A stretch of 64,000 nt of DNA from Planctomycetota bacterium (lineage in GTDB: Bacteria; Planctomycetota; UBA8108; SXIK01), in assembly GCA_965223845.1 (NCBI GenBank), contig CBDCXR010000004.1, positions 4,160,001-4,224,000 on the forward strand. The letters are read 5' to 3'. The position numbers and the translations under genes are program-made. The notes below the pieces were generated by a model, which worked only from the letters and a program-made list of their open reading frames with translations, was not told the DNA's origin and made no database searches. Of the stretch, positions 49,529 through 58,300 are shown in pieces (position 1 is the first letter of the stretch; the number at the start of each line of letters is the position of its first letter).

Positions 49529-49996
49529 ATGCGAACTCACACGCTCAAGCGAGTCGCCGAGATTCCCCACCCGCGTGATCGAGTGTTCGAATTCTTCGCC
49601 GACGCGCGCAATCTCGAACAGATCACGCCGCCGTGGCTCAAGTTTCGTCTGCGCGAGCGAGGCCCGATCCGCCTCGCCGTCGGGACGAAGATCGAGTACC
49701 GACTCCGCGTCCACGGAATTCCGCTCGGCTGGATCTCCGAGATCACCGAGTGGAACCCACCTCACGGCTTCGTCGACACGCAGATCAAGGGGCCGTACCG
49801 CGAGTGGGTGCACGCGCATCGCTTCGAGGAGACGGGCGCCGGCACGAGAATGATCGACGAGGTCGAGTACGCGGTACCGTTCGGCGAGTGGGTCCACCGT
49901 CTGCTCGTCCGCCGGGACCTCGAGCGTATCTTCGACTTTCGTACCGAGGCGCTTCGTGAGGTTTTTCCGGGAGCGGTCGCCGTTCCGATCGAGTAG
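49529..49996 (+). CDS. SRPBCC family protein
   Basis: VFEFF.D..NL..ITPP, FVDTQIKGPY..W.H.HRF, IFDFR. Confidence 0.88.
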   Translation: MRTHTLKRVAEIPHPRDRVFEFFADARNLEQITPPWLKFRLRERGPIRLAVGTKIEYRLRVHGIPLGWISEITEWNPPHGFVDTQIKGPYREWVHAHRFEETGAGTRMIDEVEYAVPFGEWVHRLLVRRDLERIFDFRTEALREVFPGAVAVPIE

Positions 49997-50214
49997 TCCC
50001 GGCCGTTCGCGCCGGAACGACCGTTAGGGTCTCCGCAGAAAGCTCCTTCGTCTCTAGCTGACCTCCCTGCCGCCGACGGAGAGCCACGAAAATCGCTGAG
50101 ACATACCGTCCGCAGCGCCTAAGATGCTGGTTCAGCTCGGGCGGACTTCCTCGACGGAAGGCGCTGGATGACGTCCGGCCGCAGGCCCGAGCGTCCGCGA
50201 GGCCCCCACCGGAG

Positions 50215-51960
50215 ATGGATATGTCGCCGTTTACCCTCACTCCGCGCCGGCTTACCTTCCTCGTCGCTCTCGTCTCCGTCCTCGGCGTCTCCGCGCCGGG
50301 AGTGGCGACGGTCACCGATCCCGCGTGGATCAATCTGACGCCTGATCTCAGCGACGGCCCGGTCCAGGTTTCGATCCATTCGGACGGATCCGGCATCCAA
50401 GGCTGGTCCTTCGGGATCTGTTTCGATCCGAACGCGGCCGAGCTCGTCCGTGCGGAGCCGACGATCGAGCTGCGCACGGTGCGTTCGGGGAATCCGCCCG
50501 CATACATGGTGAACGAAGTCGGAACGACACTCGGACGATCGGGCTACATTCAGGCCGTCGTCCTCGACTTTGGGGAGCCCGTGAGTCTTCCGGCGGCGGA
50601 GAACGGCGGTTTCCCGATTCTCGACCTCGAGTTCAACGCGACCGACGACGCCGAGCTCTCGATCTGCTCGGGCCTCCGCGGCACGGGGGAAGCGGTTCAA
50701 GTGGTCACGTCGATCGACGGGGCTTCCTACACTCCGGCTTTCCGCCCGTCGACCACCGTGATTCCAAAACCGGAGGCGTGGTTTGGAATCACCCCAGAAG
50801 TGAGCAACGGGTCGGTCACCGTGTTCATCAACTCGCGCACGGAAAGCGTTCAAGGTTGGTCGTTCACGTTGTGTCACGATCCCGAGAAGGCGATCATCAA
50901 GCGATTCGGCCCGACGCGTGAGCTTTGGACGCAGAACGGCGGTAACTCGCCGGACTTTTACTGGAGCGAGGAAGCCGACAACGAAACCGGAGCGGGCATC
51001 ATCCAGGCGGCGGTCCCGACCTTCGGTGATATCGATTCCGTTCCGACGCACGTCGAGGGCGGCTTTCCCTGTCTCCTCGTCGAGTACGAGGTGCTCGAGG
51101 AAACGACGGTTACATTCTGTCCCGGAGTCGAGGGTACCGGCCGCCCCGTCGAGCTCGTTGCGACGATCGCGGGTTTCAGCGCTCGCCTTCCCATGCAGCA
51201 GGCGCGGACAACGCTCATCGTCGATCCCTACGCCGACACGCTCGCGTTCCGAGCGGAGCCCGAGCTGAGCGACGAGGTCGTCACTCTGAAGCTCTACAGC
51301 GAGGAAGCGCCGGTCGAAGCGTGGTCGGTCGCGTTTTGCCATACGCGGGCGAATGCCGACTTACTCGAGGTGCAGACATCGCCCGAGCTCGGCACCATCG
51401 ACCGCGGCGAGCCGCCCCGGTTCATCAAGAACGAGATCGTAACCGTCGAGCCGTTTGAAGCCGTTCGCCATACGGTGATTCTCGGGACTGAACTCCACCC
51501 CCGCGAGCTCGGTCCATTCCCGGACGGCCTCGCGCTCGTCGACCTCCGTTATGACGTCCACGCCGACGACTCGCTCAAGTTCTGCGATCACGTCGGTAGC
51601 GTAACGTTCGAGAATTCGGTGACGATCGACAGCGTCGACTACAAGCCGCGTACGCGTACGGGCGCCCGACTCGTGACGGGTGGCCTGACGGCTCGCTTCA
51701 TCCGCGGCGACGCCGACCTGAGCGGGCGCGTGAACATCGCCGACCCGGTGATGATCCTCGTCTATCTCTTCAGCGACGGGCCGGCGCCGGCCTGCATGGA
51801 CGCGGCGGACGGCAACGATGTCGCGCGGGTCGATATCGCCGACGCGATTTATCTTCTCAATTACCTCTTCGTCAACGGACCGCCACCTCCGCCGCCGTTC
51901 CCGAACGCGGGGCGGGATTTGAGCCCGGAGACGGCGCTTGGGTGTGATCGCGGACTCTAG
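50215..51960 (+). CDS. Secreted protein with three tandem cohesin-like repeats and a C-terminal dockerin
   Basis: Signal peptide; three ~150-aa repeats starting V.V.I.S....(I/V)QGWSF..C.DP (third copy VEAWSVAFCH); FIRGDADLSG...CMDAADGND dockerin. Confidence 0.78.
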   Translation: MDMSPFTLTPRRLTFLVALVSVLGVSAPGVATVTDPAWINLTPDLSDGPVQVSIHSDGSGIQGWSFGICFDPNAAELVRAEPTIELRTVRSGNPPAYMVNEVGTTLGRSGYIQAVVLDFGEPVSLPAAENGGFPILDLEFNATDDAELSICSGLRGTGEAVQVVTSIDGASYTPAFRPSTTVIPKPEAWFGITPEVSNGSVTVFINSRTESVQGWSFTLCHDPEKAIIKRFGPTRELWTQNGGNSPDFYWSEEADNETGAGIIQAAVPTFGDIDSVPTHVEGGFPCLLVEYEVLEETTVTFCPGVEGTGRPVELVATIAGFSARLPMQQARTTLIVDPYADTLAFRAEPELSDEVVTLKLYSEEAPVEAWSVAFCHTRANADLLEVQTSPELGTIDRGEPPRFIKNEIVTVEPFEAVRHTVILGTELHPRELGPFPDGLALVDLRYDVHADDSLKFCDHVGSVTFENSVTIDSVDYKPRTRTGARLVTGGLTARFIRGDADLSGRVNIADPVMILVYLFSDGPAPACMDAADGNDVARVDIADAIYLLNYLFVNGPPPPPPFPNAGRDLSPETALGCDRGL

Positions 51961-51974
51961 GGCACATTGACTCC

Positions 51975-52235
51975 TCGGAGAAAGAGAGTTCACACGAAGG
52001 GCGCGAAGAGTTCGAAGGGAGACGAAGCGAGAGAGGCAGAGAGGCAGAGAGGCAGAGAGGCAGAGAAGAGGTTCGACCACGAAGGACACGAAGGGAGAGG
52101 GGAGAGAGAGATGAGGAAACAGTGGGGAAGAGGGGAGAGAGAAGAGAGAAGAGGGGGGAGGGGAGAGAGAGACGGAGAAGAGGGCGTGGAGAGTCGACCG
52201 TGATGGAAGACGAAGAGGAGGGGAGAGTCGGATTA
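51975..52235 (+). repeat. Polypurine low-complexity tract with (GAGAGGCA)n and CACGAAG-type short repeats
   Basis: gagaggcagagaggcagagaggcagagaggcagaga, cacgaaggacacgaag and long G/A-only runs. Confidence 0.85.
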
Positions 52236-52329
52236 GAGGTGCGGCGACTCGAGCTGTGAGAGCGACTGACGCGTTTCGCCGTCCACCGTGGATCACAGAG
52301 CGCGAAGCTAGAGCGACCGGTGGGACGAG

Positions 52330-55300
52330 TTGGGTAGAAAACAATCTCCATCGCGGGGTGAGCGCGCGGGGGCGAGGCCGGGCCGGACTCTAGCCTTACG
52401 GTTCAGTCCGTTTCTCCTCGTTTGCGCGCTCGGGGCGGTCGGCGCTGAGGAAGGGCGCGCCGAGGACGTTCTGAGTGTCGGGTCTTCGATCGTCCGCGCG
52501 TTTGAATTCGAAGCGCCAGAACGGGTGCCGACGAAGTCCGGCGCGTATCGCATCGCGATCGCAGGTCTCACCTCGTACGGCGCTCCCGGCGAACCGATTC
52601 TTCCGCGCCGCACGGTTCGCCTGCTTCTTCCGGCGGGCCATCGCCTTCTCGAAGTCTCCGTCGAAACGCCCGCACCGATCGAGGTGTTTCGCGAAACCGT
52701 AGTCGAAGCGGGCCGCGCCGAGCATTCGCCGATCGACGACGACGCGCCGGATCCGGTGACCGCCGACGCGTCGATCTACTCGTCGCACGAGACGTACCCG
52801 GCGACGTCGTGGCGGCACCTCGGCACGGGGCGAAAGCACGGACGCGACATCGTGCTCGTCGAAGTTTGTCCCATCCGCTACATCCCGGCGGACGAAACGA
52901 TCGCGTACCTCCCGTGGGCTCGCGTTCGCGTGACGTCCGTACCGGATCCCGCTCGAACCACACACACGATCTCTACTGCGATCGCTTCGTTCGATCGATA
53001 CTCGCTCGCTCGACTTGCGGACAACGCACCTTTGCTCGAGGAATCGACACGCATCGATTCCTCGCTCGCTACGCGGAAGACAACGCGAAAGGGCGTGCCG
53101 GCTTCACCCGGGTACGTCATCGTCACGAGCGAATCTCTCGCCCCAGCGTTCGAGCCCCTCGCCGATTGGAGGCGAAAGAGCGGCCTTACGGCGCGCGTCG
53201 TCACGACGGAGTGGATCGCCGAAAACTACGACGGCACCCGTCCGAGCGGCGGCGAAGATCTCGCGACAAAGATCCGTGCGTTCATCGCCGATGAGTACGC
53301 GCGCGGACTCCGCTACGTTCTCCTCGGCGGGGATGCGGACGGCGACGTCGACTGCGAGGAGTGCGAAGCGCCGATCGTCCCCGCCCGTCTCCTCCGCTCC
53401 CAGGCACTCTTTGCCGACGCGATTCCGTCCGATCTCTACTACGGCTGTCTCGACGGGTCTTTCGACAGTGACGCCGATGGAATCTACGGCGAGCCGAATG
53501 ACGGCGAGAACGGCGAAGACGTCGACTTTCTCTTCGAAGTTCACGTCGGGCGCGCGCCGGTCGACTCCGTCGAGGAGGCGGAGCGCTTCGTCGAGAAGAC
53601 CGTCGCCTACGATTCGGTGGACGGCGCCCACCTCCCCCGCGTTCTCCTCGTCGGCGAATACCTCGGTTTCGGGCGCCAGTACGATTTCGGCGCGAATCTG
53701 AACGATCAGATTCAACTGGGAACGACGATCTTCTTTCCGTCGACCGGCTTCGAGGACTCCGTTCACGCGGACTTCTTTCGAGTGGAGACGCTGAGCGATC
53801 GCGATGCCGTCGGGGGTCGTTGGGATCCCGAGGATCTCGTCGAGCGTCTCGAACGCGGCGTCCACATCGTCAATCACGTCGGACACGCCGACATCTCGAG
53901 CGTCATGAAGCTCACGAATCGTGAAATCGACGCGCTCGCCGATGGACCACCGTTCGTCGCTTACAGTCAGAGCTGCTACGCCGGTGCATTCGACAACAAG
54001 CGAACGCACGGCGGTTACGGCACGGACAGCGTCGTCGAGCACTTTCTCACCGGACCGTCGGGCGCGGTCGCGTTCATCGCCAACTCCCGCCGCGGCTGGG
54101 CGAGCACACTCACGGCCGACGGTCCGTCGCAGCGATTCAATCGACGGTTTTGGAACGCGGTCCTCCGCGACTCCGAATTCGGCTGGGGCGCGGCGAACGA
54201 CCGATCGAAGGAGGAGAGCGTCGGCGACATCCTTGTGAACGAGCGGGCTAGGTGGTGCGCGTACGAGCTCAATACGCTCGGCGATCCGGCACTACGCATC
54301 CGACTGGCGAGTCGACGTGGAACGCTAGTCTGGGATCGCCCGACGTACACGGTGCGAACGGGAGCAGCGACGCCCGCGAACGTGACGCTGATCGACGCCG
54401 ACCTCGACACCGATCCCTCGGCCGCCGACCGCGCGTCGGTCGAGATCACCGCTGAGTCCGGCGCACGGCGCACGGTGGAGCTCGTCGAGAGTGGCCCATC
54501 GTCGGGAGTGTTTTCCGCGACGGTCGAGCTCCGCATCGCGGGCGAAAACGCACCGGCCGACACGCTCGAAATCAGCCCGCCCGAATCTCTCGGAGCGAGA
54601 TACGACGACGCCGACGGAGGCGATGGCGCTCCGAGAACGACTCGAGCGACTGCCGACGCTGTCCGTCCGCTCGCGATCGCCGATCCCTGTCCGCCGTCCG
54701 GATCCATCGGAGTTCCGTATCGTGCCGCGATCGATGTCCGCGGCGGAGTTCCGCCCTATCGTTTCGAAACTCAAGGCGGATACGTCGAGGCATCGGGACC
54801 GCCCAACTTCGAAGGAATCGGCGGTCCGCGCGGCTGGAAGGAAGACGACGGCGTTTTCAGCTACGCGCTCCCTTTCAACTTTCCGTTTTACGGCGAAGAC
54901 GAAGAGGTCGTCTTCGTCAGCACGAACGGATTTCTCCAGTTCGAGGAGAACGGCGGGCGCGACTTCGCCAATTCGGAGGAAGCGCTCATCGCGTCCCGGC
55001 GCATCGCCCCACTCTGGCTCGACATCGACACGCGAGGCGGCGACATTTACATCAACGAGAAGGTCGACTCGGTGACGATCCGCTGGGCCGGAGACGGCTA
55101 TCACACCGGCGTCGCCACGAACTTCGAAGTCGAGCTGTTTCGCGACGGGCAGATTCGATTCGGCTACGGCCGTTTCGGAGCCGGGAACGGAGAGCTGCTC
55201 ATCGCACCGACGATCGGAATCTCGGCGGGAGACGGCATCCGTTTCGTCATCTCGGAGCTGAGCGGAAGAAACCTTCTCAGCGAAGCGCCGTCGCCGGTGT

Positions 55301-58300
55301 TCGTGAACACCCGCCTCCCGAACGGTCTCACGATCGATCCGGCGACCGGCGCCATCGCCGGAATCCCGCAGGAGGTCTACGACGGATCGGTTTCCCTTCT
55401 CGCGCGCGACAGCCGAGGAACGAAGACCGCAAAGATCTGTCGCCTCGAGATCGCTCCGGACGGCGTCGAGATGACGTCTCCCGACGACGGAACGAAGTGG
55501 CTCCGCGGCAGTCAACAAACCATCCGCTGGCGCTTCTCCGGGAACATCGGATCGACGGCGCGCATCGATCTCGCGACGGATCCCGGTGGAACCGACTTCT
55601 CCCGGGTCGTCGCGACCGGCGTCCCGTTCGCCGATCTCGAGCTTCCGTGGACGCTCCCGCTGGTCAGCAGCCCGACCGCGCGCCTTCGCATCCGGAGCGA
55701 AGATCGTCCCGAATTCTTCACCGTGAGCCCGACGTTCGCGATCGTCGAGCCGAGCCTCGCCTTGCTCGAACCGGCGAGCGGAGAACGCTGGACCATCGGA
55801 GAAGAAGTGCTCGTTCGCTGGGAGTCTTTCGGCGACACGGGGAGTGAAGTTCGCGTCTCGTACAATACGAGCGGCGGGACGAGCAGCTTTCCGCTCGAGC
55901 TCGACCCGGCCGCGCCGAATACGGGAACGCTCCGCGTCACCGTTCCGGACACTCCGGGGGAGACGTGCCGGCTCGAGATCCGAAGCGTTCAGCTTCCGGC
56001 GATGCGCGCGGTGAGCGACGTCTTCGCGATTCGTCCGCCTTCACTCGAAGTGCTCAGCCCCAACGGCGGGGAGTGCCTGCGCGCGGGCGACATCGTCCTC
56101 GTCACGTGGAGTCAGAGCGGCGAGACGGGCGACGACGTCGTGATCGAATACAACACAGACGGCGACGCCACCAGGTTTCCGCTCTCCTTGTCCGGCGGCC
56201 CGATCGCGAACTCGGGCAGCTTCGCTTGGGAGGTACCGGCGGACGTCTTCGACGCGGGCCGAATTCGCGTGCGATCTCTCATCGAGCCGGAAATTTTCGA
56301 CGTCTCGGACGCTCCGTTCCGAACGGATCGACGCTGCGAGATTCGCGCGCTCGTTTGGGTGCCGTACATCCCGCGCACGGACGAGCAGGTGACGGAGCTC
56401 ATTCAGGCGGCGCTTCTTTACGAGCCCGATCTCGACGTTCAGTTCTCGACTCAGACGACGCCCGAGGCGCTCCGCGCCGAGCTCGCGGGAAAGGACGCCT
56501 TCCTCGTTCCCCTGCAGAAGGGGGCGAGCGAATCGATCTACCAGACGCTCGGACGCGATCTCTCGCCAGTTCTTCGAAGCTTCATGACGGCGGGTGGCGC
56601 CGTCGTCATTTGTGGCCAGCGATTTCACTCGCAGCGTTTCCTTCAGGCGACGGGCTTCATGAGTGCGACGCGCATCGGCGCGGGAGCCGAGCTCTGCGAG
56701 GTGGTCGCGCCGCTCCACCCGGTCGTCCTCGGCGTGCGGCCGAACTTCGCCGGTCCGATCAGCACGGCGTGGTTCGAAGTCGACGGCGCCGGCGTGATCG
56801 AGCTTGCGCGCTCGCGGCGCGGAACGGTCGCCGCGGCTCGTTCGATCGGATTCGGGCAGATCACGATGCTCGGGTTCGACTATTACAACTTCAACGAGAG
56901 CACGGCTCGCATTCTCGGGAACGCGATTCGGCTTCCGCTCCCTCGCGATGGTCTCCGCATTATCGAGCCGGCGCCGGGTCAGACCTTCCTCCAGGGAGAC
57001 CGCGTTCCGATTCGCTGGGTCGGGCTCGGTCGGGGCGGCGGCGAGGTGCGCATCGCGTACAGCACGACGGGAACGGAGGACGTGTTTCCGCACGAGATCG
57101 CGATCGCCGCGCCGGAAGACGACGGACTCGGGAGCGTATTCTGGCCGGCCCCGCCCCCGCCCTTCGGCAGCTCGTTCACGCGTGCCTTCCTTCAAATCCG
57201 GCCGATCGCCGCGCCCGAGCTCGCCGCCGAGTTCGAGGAGCCCTTGTTCGTCGCCCTTCCGCTCTCCATCGAAACGGAGTCGCTGCCGGAAGCTTCGGTC
57301 GGGAGTCCTTACCTCGCGCCGATCGTCGTTCGCGGCGGCATCCCGCCGTACTCGTTTACGCACTCGGATTTTCCCTCCGGTCTCGTCGCGCGGAGTAGCG
57401 GGGACACGGACTTCGAGATCGTCGGCGTGCCGCAGTCCGCCTGCGCGGGTTGCGAAGTCACAATCGGAGTCGAAGATTCAACCGGTCTCGTCACGCAGCG
57501 CAGTTTCCCCCTCCCCGTCGTCGTGAGCCGGATCGAAATCGAGCGGCCGCGCCGGGACGAGATCATCCTCGCAGGAAGTCAGTACCGCGTTCAGTGGTCG
57601 GCGACGGGAGACGTCGGTACAACGGCGCGGATTACTTACAACGACGATGGCGACCCGAACGAGTTCCCGTTCGAGGCGGTGGCGTCAGTGCCGATCGCGG
57701 ACGGTGGATTCACGTGGCGGGTCCCCCCGATCAACGGCACGCCGCGCATTCGCGTTCAATCGAATGAGCGCGAATCCATCCTCGATACGAGCGACCGTTT
57801 CCTCATCACGGGACCGACCATCCGCCTCGATGTTCCGAACGGCGGCGAGTGCTGGACGCCCGGACGACAACGGACGATCCGGTGGTCGAGCGCCGGCATC
57901 GGCGACGCGCGCGTGCGCGTTCGCTACGGATTCGGACCCGAAACGGAGCTCCCTCACGTCATCGCCGACGACGAGGAGAACTCGGGTGAACTCTCGTGGA
58001 TCGTGCCCGACGAGTTCGCGGATGATGTTCGCATCCTCGTCGAGGTCATCGATGACGAAGGACTCGCGGACGCGTCGGACGGTCCGTTTCGCATCGGGGA
58101 TGACTGCAGCAGGGACGTCGTCGTGTGGAGTCCTTGTCCGGGCGCGGAACGATCGATCGAAACGATCGAGGAGGCGATTCGATCGCTCGACCCCGACGGT
58201 CGGCTCGACACGACCGGGACGCGCCGTCCCGATCGGCTGAGCGAGCTCCTCTTCAATCGCGATGCTCTCGTCATTCCGTTGAATGCGATCTGCAACACAC

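Noticed and set aside
51361-52344. Leu/Ser/Pro-rich minus-strand ORF
   Set aside because: Artefact of the polypurine tract, antisense to a real gene.
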